Of a stretch of DNA of 64,000 nucleotides, positions 24,306 through 37,451 are shown piece by piece (the stretch's first letter is position 1; every line of letters begins with the position of its first letter). Source of the DNA: Ranitomeya imitator (lineage: Eukaryota). The stretch lies in contig NC_091286.1 in NCBI RefSeq assembly GCF_032444005.1, positions 19,344,001-19,408,000 on the forward strand. The letters are read 5' to 3'. The notes under the pieces were generated by a model. It saw nothing but the letters and a program-made list of their open reading frames with translations, had not been told where the DNA came from and did no database searches. Position numbers and translations under genes: made by a program.

Positions 24306-24554
24306 ACTACCAACAGAACACTGCACTAGTACTTTACCCATTGGATTACAGTGGGTCAGAGATAGTTTGGCCTAGTGCGGCTTCTCTGATCCGAAGATGG
24401 GTTTTCCTTTGGATTATCTCAGAAACTGGCTTAATGTTTATCTTGTTTAAAGTTATTATTGCATTACATGCATGTTTGGTTTCATTTTCTAGGTTGTTGG
24501 ACTTTTTAAGGACATTGATATAGTGAAATCCCTTTCGGAATTTCAGACGGGGAG

Positions 24555-25082
24555 TGTGCTGTTCCATGTATATTCCTCAGTTTCCATGTATGTTGTTATA
24601 TTTTACTCTGCTGCCACCCAATGGCCTTTTTCTGTATGGCAGCTTGTTTTTCATGTATTTCTTGTGGGCATGTCTTACATCCGGTTCAGGGGTCAAATCT
24701 TCTCTTCCTCTGGCAGCCATTTCCAGTTTACTTTCTGTTGTGAGAGGATGTGCCTTTGAACTGGGCTTAGGAAGGCATCAGTCTTTCAACCACTCTCTCA
24801 TGCTGCTCACACTTGCAGACACACTTGGTGCTACATCTTACTGTACCCTGTCTACCCTGCATTTCTGGAGAAGTTCTGTATTACCAGTTATACGCTGTAT
24901 GTCCAGATCTACAAAATAAACAAGTCTGGATTACACAATCCCTGGAGTGCATCATCTCTCTGGACGCTGAGCAGCATTGGTCCTGTCTGCCTCATATCGA
25001 GGAAATACGAAGGTACGATTATCTCTCTCACAACTCTTATTAGTCTGCGACACCTTCATTCGCCTCATGTGGGGACAGAACA
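24555..25082 (+). repeat. 3' LTR of BEL/Pao element (528 bp)
   Basis: See 5' LTR. Confidence 0.95.
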
Positions 25083-25562
25083 GTAAGTTAAAAATTCTGA
25101 AACCCTGGATGTCTCTCAACCATCCCCCACATGTGGTCATCAAGAGGAGGTATGTGGGCGTAACTTTTACCTAATTAAAAAGAAGAAATTGGGTTTAGTT
25201 TCTTCAGTCCTAGAACGTTCAGTTTGCTGTAGTTCTGTCCATTTACCTAAGGAGTATCTCCCTGTGCTAAGCTCTATACCATTTTTGTGACACAGGTTTC
25301 GTAATTTTCATGCGTTATCCCTTTTTCATTTTTATGCAATTGTGTATATGATACAGTTTTGTTCCCATTCGGTATCATCTTTGTATAAACACTGCCTACC
25401 TTTCTGGATTAAATATATAAACCAGAACCGTATTATTTTGTATCTTACTTAAGGAATGTTATTGAGCACTTTACACAATACAGGATATAAAGGGTTAAGC
25501 CCACACTTTAGCAGATTAATCGCTAAATCTCACATGTCAAGACGCATCTTTCAAGGTCTAGT

Positions 25563-26098
25563 TGTTATGATCCAGGTCAGGGTTTGCTTCTTGCTTCTCT
25601 TTCCACAATCTGGTCATGGAGGGGTTAACCCTTCCTGCCTCTCTTTGGTTCTTGGGTGGCTATTTATTGGTGCTATTTCTGGTTGCCTGTGTCAGTGATA
25701 GTTCAGGTCTTTGGCTAGAGCAGCTGATTCGCATACCCTAGTGTTCCTTCTGCCTCTGCCTTCCCGTGTATGTGTCTGACCTGTCCCCCTATCCCTGACT
25801 CAGTGTACATTTGGTGATTTCCCTACAGTGTATGACTCGGCTTGAACTCTGAACTCCGTCTTCGGTTTTTCTGTCTCTGGTACTGCGTTCCCTGACTGGC
25901 TTTTGACCTTCTGACTCGTACTTTGACTCCTCTTTCCGTCTCACATTTTGGATACAGCGCTCCGGTCTGGCTCTGACTTTTGGCTTGTCTCTGACCTCAT
26001 GCTTTGCTGTGATCTCCTTGTTTGTTGCTGACTTTAGCCTGCCTGACTACTCTGCCGCATCCTTCTGGAGGCCTGCACTTCTGCATTGAAGTGTTACA
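25563..26098. mobile_element. Possible old solo LTR
   Basis: Begins TGTTATGATCC, ends GTTACA; flanks TAGT / CAGT (3 of 4 match). Confidence 0.4.
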
Positions 26099-26289
26099 CA
26101 GTAAGAGCGACCCTCTTTCCCGTTACAGAGCCCCCTGGTGGTGGCTGAGCATAACTGCACCGCAATTGCATTACACTAGTAAAAGCAAATTTGTGGGCTT
26201 TGAGGATGTGGGCAACAGAAGAGAAAACTGCACACGTTGAGCTGCCATGGAGGACCGGACTGGACACCACAGCAGGGCAGCACATATTT

Positions 26290-26645
26290 TTTGCTCAACT
26301 CTAATAACTAGCTTTCAAGAGAATTCCTCAGAGGTTATGCAAATCATAGACAGAAATTGGCATATTGTGAGATATAGGCCAGTAATTGGGGAAACTTTGA
26401 TGGATAAACCCAGGATTGTCTTCTGGAACGCGCCAGATGTGAAAAATATGATAGAAAGGAACTACATCAGGAATCAGAAGAAGGGGAATTCGGGTGTTAA
26501 GGGCTTATTGAATTGCTCAGAATGTAAGGCCTGTTTGGAGGTGTCTGTGGATCACAAATAAATCATTAGGAAAGTCTACAAATTCTGTTGAGCGGAATAT
26601 CAAAACCTATATCACCTACGATAATATAAATGGTGCATACTTTTT
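26290..26645 (+). mobile_element. Penelope-like element fragment (post-RT linker leading to GIY-YIG)
   Basis: IIDRNWHIVRYRPVIGETLMDKPRIVF..AP..KNM ... CSECKAC, then IKTYIT-like sequence. Confidence 0.65.
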
Positions 26646-26785
26646 GATTGACTTCTATTGAATCTAAAGGCCGCAAATAAAAAAAAAAAAAAACTAATGT
26701 ACAAAAATGTTTTGATATTTGTTATAAATGTGCCATTGCTAATTAGCATATTTTAATGAGATGCACAATATGAACCATTGAAGTG

Positions 26786-29700
26786 TAACATAGTAACATA
26801 GTTAGTAAGGCCGAAAAAAGACATTTGTCCATCCAGTTCAGCCTATATTCCGTCATAATAAATCCCCAGATCTACGTCCTTTTACAGAACCTAATAATTG
26901 TATGATACAATATTGTTCTGCTCCAGGAAGACATCCAGGCCTCTCTTGAACCCCTCGACTGAGTTCGCCATCACCACCTCCTCAGGCAAGCAATTCCAGA
27001 TTCTCACTGCCCTAACAGTAAAGAATCCTCTTCTATGTTGGTGGAAAAACCTTCTCTCCTCCAGACGCAAAGAATGCCCCCTTGTGCCCGTCACCTTCCT
27101 TGGTATAAACAGATCCTCAGCGAGATATTTGTATTGTCCCCTTATATACTTATACATGGTTATTAGATCGCCCCTCAGTCGTCTTTTTTCTAGACTAAAT
27201 AATCCTAATTTCGCTAATCTATCTGGGTATTGTAGTTCTCCCATCCCCTTTATTAATTTTGTTGCCTCCTTTGTACTCTCTCTAGTTCCATTATATCCTT
27301 CCTGAGCACCGGTGCCCAAAACTGGACACAGTACTCCATGTGCGGTCTAACTAGGGATTTGTACAGAGGCAGTATAATGCTCTCATCATGTGTATCCAGA
27401 CCTCTTTTAATGCACCCCATGATCCTGTTTGCCTTGGCAGCTGCTGCCTGGCACTGGCTGCTCCAGGTAAGTTTATCATTAACTAGGATCCCCAAGTCCT
27501 TCTCCCTGTCAGATTTACCCAGTGGTTTCCCGTTCAGTGTGTAATGGTGATATTGATTCCCTCTTCCCATGTGTATAACCTTACATTTATCATTGTTAAA
27601 CCTCATCTGCCACCTTTCAGCCCAAGTTTCCAACTTATCCAGATCCATCTGTAGCAGAATACTATCTTCTCTTGTATTAACTGCTTTACATAGTTTTGTA
27701 TCATCTGCAAATATCGATATTTTACTGTGTAAACCTTCTACCAGATCATTAATGAATATGTTGAAGAGAACAGGTCCCAATACTGACCCCTGCGGTACCC
27801 CACTGGTCACAGCGACCCAGTTAGAGACTATACCATTTATAACCACCCTCTGCTTTCTATCACTAAGCCAGTTACTAACCCATTTACACACATTTTCCCC
27901 CAGACCAAGCATTCTCATTTTGTGTACCAACCTCTTGTGCGGCACGGTATCAAACGCTTTGGAAAAATCGAGATATACCACGTCCAATGACTCACCGTGG
28001 TCCAGCCTATAGCTTACCTCTTCATAAAAACTGATTAGATTGGTTTGACAGGAGCGATTTCTCATAAACCCATGCTGATATGGAGTTAAACAGTTATTCT
28101 CATTGAGATAATCCAGAATAACATCCCTCAGAAACCCTTCACATATTTTACCAACAATAGAGGTTAGACTTACTGGCCTATAATTTCCAGGTTCACTTTT
28201 AGAGCCCTTTTTGAATATTGGCACCACATTTGCTATGCGCCAATCCTGCGGAACAGACCCTGTCGCTATAGAGTCACTAAAAATAAGAAATAATGGTTTA
28301 TCTATTACATTACTTAGTTCTCTTAGTACTCGTGGGTGTATGCCATCCGGACCCGGAGATTTATCTATTTTAATCTTATTTAGCCGGTTTCGCACCTCTT
28401 CTTGGGTTAGATTGGTGACCCTTAATATAGGGTTTTCATTGTTTCTTGGGATTTCACCTAGCATTTCATTTTCCACCGTGAATACCGTGGAGAAGAAGGT
28501 GTTTAATATGTTAGCTTTTTCCTCGTCATCTACAACCATTCTTTCCTCACTATTTTTTAAGGGGCCTACATTTTCAGTTTTTATTCTTTTACTATTGATA
28601 TAGTTGAAGAACAGTTTGGGATTAGTTTTACTCTCCTTAGCAATGTGCTTCTCTGTTTCCTTTTTGGCAGCTTTAATTAGTTTTTTAGATAAAGTATTTT
28701 TCTCCCTATAGTTTTTTAGAGCTTCAATGGTGCCATCCTGCTTTAGTAGTGCAAATGCTTTCTTTTTACTGTTAATTGCCTGTCTTACTTCTTTGTTTAG
28801 CCACATTGGGTTTTTCCTATTTCTAGTCCTTTTATTCCCACAAGGTATAAACCGCTTACACTGCCTATTTAGGATGTTCTTAAACATTTCCCATTTATTA
28901 TCTGTATTCTTATTTCTGAGGATATTGTCCCAGTCTACCAGATTAAGGGCATCTCTAAGCTGTTCAAACTTTGCCTTCCTAAAGTTCAGTGTTTTTGTGA
29001 CTCCCTGACAAGTCCCCCTAGTGAAAGACAGGTGAAACTGCACAATATTGTGGTCGCTATTTCCTAGATGCCCAACCACCTGCAGATTTGTTATTCTGTC
29101 AGGTCTATTAGATAGTATTAGGTCTAAAAGTGCTGCTCCTCTGGTTGGATTCTGCACCAATTGTGAAAGATAATTTTTCTTGGTTATTAGCAGAAACCTG
29201 TTGCCTTTATGGGTTTCACAGGTTTCTGTTTCCCAGTTAATATCCGGGTAGTTAAAGTCCCCCATAACCAGGACCTCATTATGGGTTGCAGCTTCATCTA
29301 TCTGCTTTAGAAGTAGACTTTCCATGCTTTCTGTTATATTTGGGGGTTTGTAACAGACCCCAATGAGAATTTTGTTACCATTTTTCCCTCCATGAATTTC
29401 AACCCATATGGACTCGACATCTTCATTCCCTTCGCTAATATCCTCCCTTAAAGTGGACTTTAGACAAGACTTTACATAGAGACAAACCCCTCCTCCTCTC
29501 CGATTTTTACGATCCTTTCTAAACAGACTGTAACCCTGTAAGTTAACTGCCCAGTCATAGCTTTCATCTAACCATGTCTCGGTTATTCCCACTATGTCAA
29601 AGTTACCTGTAGATATTTCTGCTTCTAGTTCTTCCATCTTGTTTGTCAGGCTTCTGGCGTTTGCGAGCATGCAGTTTAGAGGATTTTGTTTTGTTCCAAT

Positions 29701-29818
29701 CTCCTCACTGTGGATTGTTTTAGAAATGTTCTTACCTCCCTTCTGAGTATGTTTTCCTGGGTCGTCTTTGTACGAGTCTAATGTTTTTCTTCCCGTCCCC
29801 TCTTCTTCTAGTTTAAAG
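26786..29818 (-). mobile_element. CR1 LINE, 5'-truncated, with complete 3' end
   Basis: APE+RT ORF2 on the minus strand; 3' tail (CTATGTTA)n, seen as taacatagtaacatagt at ~26786-26802. Confidence 0.95.
26891..29667 (-). pseudogene. CR1 ORF2 (AP endonuclease + reverse transcriptase), one apparent 1-nt frameshift near 27266
   Basis: MLANARSL, GITETW, MGDFNYPDINW, SDHN, PGPDGIHP, YLDFSKAFD, GVPQGSVLGP, FADD; C-terminus continues in a second frame (ATKLIKG...GLFSLEKRRLRGD). Confidence 0.93.
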
Positions 29819-30009
29819 TGTGTCTTTCCGAGGTGTAGCATTGGCTACTGTGGGGGGTCATCCTCAACAATTTAGGTTGAAAAAGTGACTGTTGGATTTA
29901 CCAAGTGGAGACTCTTATCCCAGTAGGTCTGAATGCAGATTGTTAAATGGAATCTTTTCTGAAAAACAATTACTTGGTTATTATATGTAAATATTTTGAG
30001 ATTTTCTTA

Positions 30010-30684
30010 TGTAGGGTGTAGCAAAGCCAGGTAAGCTAGGGTTAAATCCTAGCACTCCAGGTCTTAATTAGAAGATGATCCAGGACGTGTGTTCACCTAG
30101 GAGCTGGGGATGGTGAGCAAAGTAGAGTGTGTTGAAGCTGGTGAGTGACCAGCCAAAATGTGAGATGTTGCTGGGAGAGAGACAAGCCAGAGGCTCTCTC
30201 TGACGGCACCGACTAGCTAGGAAAGCTGAGCAGTCTGTCTGCTGGAGCTCAGGCTAAAGGTAATACTAAGACAGAAGGACCGTAACTCTTCTTTGTCTAA
30301 AGTTTCCTCTGAAAAGCGAGATGACTGTAATTAGTTCGGGTGAGCCCGCACTGACATGTATGTTCCTGCTGAATTAACTGTTTGGCCACATTCACACGGT
30401 CAGCATTTGGTCAGTATTTTACATTCTTATTTGTAAGCCAAAATCAGTATTGTAATAAACACACTCCTGGTTTTGGTTTACAAATACTGATGGAAAATAC
30501 TGACCAAATACTGAACGTGTGACCGTGGCCTTTATTTTCTGTTATATCTTTGTGCCCAGAAGAGGCTATTTTGGTTTTGAATCCATTGGAATTTTATGAA
30601 AGCAATAAAATTACACGTTTGAATCAAACCACATTGTCTGTGTGAACACTGCCTAATGCCTAGCTGAGAGCATGAATCCCTACA
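30010..30684 (+). mobile_element. Probable solo LTR (TGTAGGG...CCCTACA)
   Basis: 7-bp terminal inverted repeat, AATAAA ~30605; no TSD seen. Confidence 0.5.
30384..30530. mobile_element. Short palindromic MITE within the probable LTR
   Basis: GGCCACATTCACACGGTCAGCATTTGGTCAGTATTTT ... AAAATACTGACCAAATACTGAACGTGTGACCGTGGCC. Confidence 0.8.
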
Positions 30685-30695
30685 AGGGGCGTTAG

Positions 30696-31882
30696 TGCAG
30701 TGCTCCCACGTAAGGGCAAAGGGGTACTCGGTACCGGGTCCTTCAGTTCCCTCAGCTGGGATGTCACGGTGGCCCGACCCGGACCGTGGCCCTATGAGGG
30801 GCGCCCAATAAAAGGGGTTTAGTTTTTGTAGATAACGGTAGTGTTCGTGATGCCACCTGTGGTATTCGGTCAGGGTGACCGACGCTGCTTAGGGGTCCGC
30901 TGGGGTGTGCAATGGCTGCTAGATGGTGTACCTTCCCAGAGGTGAAGTGTATCCCCAGGGCTTCCCAGAAGTGTAGATGGTGATGGTGGATGGTGCAAGG
31001 TGCGGTGAATAACGAGGACACAATGGGTGCAGTCTCTTTACCTTTACTGAAGGCTTCAGCATCCACAGTCCAGAGTGCCAGATGACAGGGTAGGCAGAGT
31101 CCGTCCGGCAATTCCAGAGTCCCCTTATCCAAGTGGAAATCAGTAGCCTTCCCCTTGCGCACAGTAACGTAGTAGGTCCCTATGTGCATTAGCTCCCATA
31201 GGGTCCTCACTCTTGTTACTCTTCTCTCTGTCCCCCAGATGGATAGGACAAACCCGTATGACGGTGGTGGCCTGAGGCTATTTTATAGGGTCCCTAGTGT
31301 CGCCCCTCCTCCGCATTGCCACCTTGTCTGCTTAGGTTCTTAGGTCGAGCAGCCAACTTGGAATCGACTGTCCTGCCGGTCTCTGAAGTAAAGCGTAGAG
31401 TCTATTACTCCCTCGGTGTTCCGGCTACCGGATCTGCGCTCAGTGGGAGGCAGCCTGCTTCTAGCTGGTCTCCCACTGGTGTTTTACTCCTGTTGCTATG
31501 ACTTCTGCGCTCACTCACTACGGCACACTTCCTTTCTTGTCCTTTCTTAGGAGGCTGCTGCATGGGTTGCAGATGCAGCTCCGTGTCCTTCTTTCCCTTT
31601 CCTGGGCCGAGCCCAGTCTGCTCCTCTCCTCCTCCTGGCTCCTTCTCCTTCTCCCTCCAGTCAGCTTCTGCCTCACTTCCTAACCAACCCCCAGTTTTAC
31701 CCAAATGTGAGGAGTGGCCTAATAGTTAGAACCTTTTGCTCCCCCTGGTGGCCGGCATGTGAAGTGTGTGTGTGGCTGTGATACCTGGCAGGGTGAACTC
31801 CTTTGGTGCCATCAGACGTAACATCGCTCCCCCTGGTGGAAGAACGACATTACTGCAACGACCAGGACTCTGGTGCGCTGCA
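30696..31882 (-). mobile_element. Solo LTR (copy A), 4-bp TSD TTAG, Gypsy-like
   Basis: TG...CA termini; TSD TTAG at 30692-30695 and 31883-31886; highly similar to 52586-53782. Confidence 0.9.
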
Positions 31883-31951
31883 TTAGCATATTTGTTACAT
31901 GCAGATCAGTGTATACAGCTTAAACATGTATAAATTATAGAATACTATGTA

Positions 31952-33480
31952 TCTACTATATAATTGTCTAAGGGTCACTTCCGTCTGTCTGTCTGTCCCG
32001 GATACTCATTGGTCGCGGCCTCTGTCTGTGATGGAAATCCAAGTCGCTGATTGGTCTCGCCAGCTGCTTGTCATGGCTGCCGTGACCAATCAGCGACGGC
32101 CACAGTCCGATTAGTCCCTCCCTACTCCCCGCAGTCAGTGCCCGGCGCCCGCTCCATACTCCCCACAGTCAGTGTCTGGCGCCCACTCCATACTCCCCGC
32201 AGTCAGCGCCCAGCGCCCGCACCATACTCCCCACAGTCAGTGCCCGGCGCCCGCTCCCTACTCCCCACAGTCAGTGTCTGGCGCCCACTCCATACTCCGC
32301 GCAGTCAGTGCCCGGCACCCGCTCCATACTCCCTGCAGTCAGTGCCCGGTGCCCGCTCCCTACTCCCCACAGTCAGTGCCCGCTCCCTGCAGTCAGCGCC
32401 CGCTCCATACTCCCTGCAGTCAGTGCCCGGCGCCTGCTCCATACACCCCGCAGTCGGCGCCCGATCCATACTCCCCTCCGATCACCGCTCACACAGGGTT
32501 AATGCCAGCGGTAACGGACCGAGTTATGCTATTAACCCTGTGTGACCAAGTTTTTACTATTGATGCTGCCTATGCAGCATCAATAGTAAAAATATCTAAT
32601 GTTAAAAATAATAAAAAAACAAAAAACCTGCTATTCTCACCCTCTGTAGTCCGACGATGCACTCGCACCTGCCGCCAGCTTCCGGTCCCAGAGATGCATT
32701 GCGAAATTACCCAGAAGACTTAGCGGTCTCGCGAGACCGCTAAGCAATCTGGGTAATTTCGCAATGCATCCTGGGAACGCAAGATGGCGGCAACCGCGCG
32801 CATCGCCAGAGGTTCGCTGGATCTACGCTGGATCCCGCAGGGTGAGTATATAACTTTTTTTTTTTTTTAACAGGGATATGGTGCCCACACTGCTGTATAC
32901 TACGTGGGCTGTGTTAGATACCGCGTGGCTGCTATATACTACATAGGCAGTGTTATATACTATGTGGGCTGTGTGATATACTCCGTGGGCTGTGTTCTAT
33001 ACTGCATGGGCTGTGCTATATATTACGTGGCAAGTGTTATATACTGCGTGGGCTGCGTTATATACTACATGGCTGCTATATACTACGTGGGCAGTGTTAT
33101 ATACTGCGTGGGCTGCGTTATATACTACATGGCTGCTATATACTACGTGGGCAGTGTTATATACTGCGTAGCGCTGTTCTATATTGCGTGCTATATACTA
33201 CGTGGCCACTGTTAGATACTATGTGGGCTGTGCTATATATTACGTGGGCTGTGTTACATACTACATGGGCTGTGTTATATACTGCGTGGTTGCTATATAC
33301 TGTGGGCTGTGTTACATACTACGTGGGCTGTGTTATTTACTGTGTGGCCTGTATTAACGCATTGGGTGTTCTACAATATGTATGTATCTATATAGCAGCC
33401 ACATGGTATATACCACAGGCCACGTAGTACTACTATATACTACGTGGCCTGTGCTATATACTATGTGGCTGCTACATACA

Positions 33481-33511
<31 letters not shown>

Positions 33512-33551
33512 TCTAGAATACCTGATGCGTTAGAAACGGGCCACCATCTAG
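31952..33551 (+). mobile_element. Non-autonomous Helitron with internal minisatellites and palindrome
   Basis: A|TCTACTATATAATTGTCTAAGGG ... subterminal hairpin ... CTAG|T, no TSD, (GTCT)n near the 5' end. Internal ~39-bp (32110-32470) and ~24-bp (32890-33470) tandem repeats; palindrome 32695-32768. Confidence 0.85.
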
Positions 33552-35411
33552 TAGTACATAAATATATAGCATTTGTTATGGCTCACCTAGTGGGGCGGTT
33601 GTCAGCAGCACGGACTGGAGGCATTAGCGGAATCGGATAGACAGAATGGCATGACTAACAGCAAGGAGCAGCAGATCTGGATCTGTTGGATGCCATGCGG
33701 ATAATTGGTGCTGCATATGCTGGATGATACATGGCTCAGTGAAGCAGGAGATATGGGAAGACACTTTGAGATGCCAAAGATGAGCAGTAGAGGAATAAAT
33801 GTCAAGAAGCATAGTAAGTATAATGGCAGAAGAGCCCAGGGATAGCCGAGCAGGTTTACTGTCTAAGACGCATGTGGAAGCAATGTGCACTAATACCTGA
33901 ATACTCACGCAGCATGCAGCCACCCGTTAGGGATTTAAAAAGTTTTGGGGATGTGTGCTCTGGATTACCATGATAACCCAATGTACACGAGAGCAGATAA
34001 TGCCGGCTACAGGAGACAGAAAATGAGCAGACTGAGGCCAGGACAGGTGAGTAATAGTGTTCATGGGGTGTAGAGATATAGGTTTTTTTCATTGGGGGTA
34101 TAATCCTTCCGGCATGATATTTTGAGGATTTCAATTTCAACTAAAAATCCTACACAATGGTCGTCCCTCCATTATTTCTCTACCCAGTTCGGGCAATCAT
34201 GAGGTTCTCTAGTAGCTGTGAGTATATCATCTTGTCTGTCTTCTCCTTACAGAAGTAAAAGCTTAATGTAATCTGAGCCATTTTATGTGATAATTTCCTG
34301 CACATTTTGCAGATTTCCATCACATTTCATAAGCTCTGAATGTAATTATTCAAACTCTCCATCGCTTCCACGGAATATCAAGTGACATCTGTGACAGATA
34401 TCGAGAACTCAATTACCAGTCATATACGTTTCACACGTTAAAGGTATTTAAATCAGCAATTATCCTCTCCATGTTCTATGATATGACGCCCATATATCCC
34501 TTATCGCTGACAATATGTCACATTGAGCAGTTTCTGATCGTTAAGCAAAATGTTATAATAGTCAAAATACGTTAATCTCAAAACACAATTTATTACTTAC
34601 AACTGCATGGTTATCCAAAAACCATATCCACCAAACTTTTACTGTCCCTTTATGGCGCCAACAAGTTGGGCCTGGAAGAGTAACGCTACATCAAAAAACT
34701 TGTGATACGCCAATATTTTTGATTGGTTGAGATTAAGGCACTGAGACCCCTCACCCATCAATGACCAGAGGGGCAGAATTAAACACTTGCCACCCAATGC
34801 CCCTTCACAGATTTACACCTGATCACCGTTGGTTCTAACAATCAAGAATCTTAAAGTTTTGTTGGATCCTTCTGATGAAAATAGGATTATCAGAAGTAGA
34901 GATGAGAGGGCCTCCTGAAATTCCTTTTGGGCAGATTCACTCAGATTGGCCAGCAGATTCAATCTGATGTCATCAATCCGATGTGATGACGTTGCAGGGC
35001 CTAGTTGACATTAGAAGCACTAAAGTATGGTGGATATGGTTACAGAAGTGAAGACTGTCCTGCAACTCTCATGGTGGACCAGATTGGACATTGGACAGGA
35101 CAATGAACATTTTTTTGCTCAATTCTAATAATAGATGGAGAAGAGTTGAAGGGTTAAAAAGACAATAAAATAATGTTCGCCTATCTATGGCCCACCCTTC
35201 ACCCTTCACCTGTCCTGTCACCACATCTCCCGGCTAGTTCATCTGGTCTTCTCTTCCAATCTTCTGGCCTCCAGACTCTGGATATTTGACATGCATCATG
35301 CCCCACATGACTATATGAGGCCTGGTCAGTGTTGGATGACTCAAAGACCAAACGATGCAATATTGGAAAGTCAGATTCTGCAATATCCGTAGAACAAAGA
35401 TTTAAATTTCA

Positions 35412-35651
35412 AAAGACTAAAGACTAAAGACTGGAATACCCAAAGACCAAAGATTGAAATATCCAAAAACTAGAGGCCCGGATATCCAAAGGCTTGAGGC
35501 AGTAATATCCAAAGACCAGAGGCCGGGATGTCCGAAGACCAGAGGCCGGGATGTCCGAAGACCAGAGGCCGGGATGTCCGAAGACCAGAGGCCGGGATGT
35601 CCGAAGACCAGAGGCCGGGATGTCCGAAGACCAGAGGCCGGGATGTCCGAA
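35412..35651. repeat. 23-bp minisatellite (AAGACCAGAGGCCGGGATGTCCG x6) with degenerate left flank
   Basis: Six near-perfect units 35512-35649. Confidence 0.95.
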
Positions 35652-36015
35652 GTAAAAGCTAGATGACTCAGTGGAAAGCTGAGGCTGCAGAACAGGTGAG
35701 GGTCAGGTCTATTACAGGCTAGTATAATGTTATACTGTTTTTTCACCCCTCCCCCCACCTTCTTATATACGTGGACACATGGCAAAGCGTTTTATGTTGA
35801 TTTTTTTTAATTGCGAGAGAGGAGCAAGTTACTGCTAGACCCCCTCGAGTAGTGGATTATCACTCTGGAGAACAAAGGAGCAAACATGTTGAATCCAATA
35901 TGCCCATTGCTGTTTTTTGGGACAGGGACGGGCAATACCATTGGTGAAATCGGTGCAGCTGTACAGGGGTTCAAGAGGTAAAGGGGGTAACTACGAGCTC
36001 CAAAGCCTGTGCAAT

Positions 36016-37451
36016 TGTAACACCCTAGGAAACCGGTTGTTACAGTGGTATTGCTTTCCCCATGGGGAGAGTGATGCCATGCCTGGAGGCGAGGAAGGAT
36101 CCCTTTAACAGGTGACACGTATACACACAGAACTGTTCTGACTCCAGGCCAGAAGGGGGAGCTCTGGTCCAGTTTGTGGGTGGGGAGGAGTTAGTGGTCA
36201 ATCAGTCTCAGGAGTCGAGAGGAGAGCAGGAGCCGTGCAGACACGTGGTGCTGCAGCTCCTGGCAGAGCAGTCTGTGTAAGGCTATGTTCACACGGTGCG
36301 GTTTTTGCTGCGGATCCGCAGCGGATTTGCCGCTGCGGATCCGCAGCCGTTTTCCATGTGGGGTACAGTACAATGTAACCCTATGGAAAACGAAACCCGC
36401 TGTGCCGACGATCCTGATTTTCCCCGGAAAAACCGCGCGGAAACGCTGCGGAAAAAAAGAAGTACCATGTCAATTCTTTCTGCGGATTCCGCTGCGGGTT
36501 TCCGACTGCACCAATAGGAAAGTGCAATTGGAAACCCACAGAGGAATCCGCAGAAGAAAACGCAGGAAAATCCGCAGTGCAAAATGCAATGATTTTGCAC
36601 TGCGGATTTTCCAAAAAAGGACCTGAAAAATCCGCAGGAAAATCAGGATCGTGTGAACGTAGCCTAAGAGTCTGAGGGGAGAAGGAGCACAGGAGAAGTG
36701 AGCTGGAGGGGAGCTGCGACTGGGCTCCCTCCATGCTGAAGCGCAGGAACTGGACATCGGGAGTCCGAGGCTGTGTGAGACTGTATGCACCACAGCAGAA
36801 ACTGGAGGGCAGGAGATTTCAAGTTGCCTGTCCACAACCACACCCGAACAGCGTACAGCGGAACATAGAGCCCGGAGTTACCACAGGTAGAGACACCTGT
36901 AAAAACGCTCGAGTTGCCTGCCATGCAGGTCCTGTCCAACATATAGGACAAGGAGAGAGAGAGAGGACCTTGTGTGAAGCCTCAGGCAGCAACAGTAAGG
37001 AAGGCTTCCAACCCCACCTGGCTATGGGGATTCCGAATCGCTTCCAGGCTGGACGGACCTCACCATTACTTGTGATTTGTACCCTGGACTGTGGCTGCCT
37101 ACCACCAGTAAAAAATAAAGAGACTGCAACCTTGTGTCCTCTCATTCTAACTGGCATCACACCATCTATCATCTTTGCCACTACATCGGGAGCCCTGGGG
37201 ACTAAGCTTCACCTGCGGGAAGCCATACCATCCCTGCTGCACTAGCATCATCCCCAGTGGACCCCTTTAAGCAGTGTTGATCATCCCTTACCGAATACCA
37301 CAGGTGGCGTCACGAACATTCTTTATTTTAAACAACCCCTTTAAAGATCTTCCCTTTAACTTGGACGCCCAAGGTCACTGCCACCGTGACTACCCCTTTA
37401 ACGACCACCGGACCCGGTACCGAGTATCCCCTAGGCCCTAGTGGCGCTCCA
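36016..37451 (+). mobile_element. Solo LTR (copy D), related to copies A-C
   Basis: TGTAACACCC...GGCGCTCCA; flanks CAAT / GAAT; shares gagactgcaaccttgtgtcct and ggtggcgtcacgaaca blocks with the other copies. Confidence 0.8.
36281..36664. mobile_element. PIF/Harbinger MITE inserted in LTR D
   Basis: TAA|GGCTATGTTCACACG ... CGTGTGAACGTAGCC|TAA. Confidence 0.93.

Larger units (their letters stand above)
18053..25082 (+). mobile_element. BEL/Pao LTR retrotransposon, both LTRs present, integrase region deleted
   Basis: LTRs 18053-18578 and 24555-25082 (TG...CA); 5-bp TSD GTAAG (18048-18052, 25083-25087); purine tract CAGACGGGGAG before the 3' LTR; gag-PR-RT-RH coding region. Confidence 0.96.

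Noticed and set aside
19318-28012. Antisense or alternative-frame ORFs over BEL gag-pol and CR1 ORF2
   Set aside because: Shadow ORFs of the real retroelement frames
32051-33427. Pro/Ser-rich and Tyr/Cys-rich ORFs
   Set aside because: Products of minisatellites inside a non-autonomous Helitron
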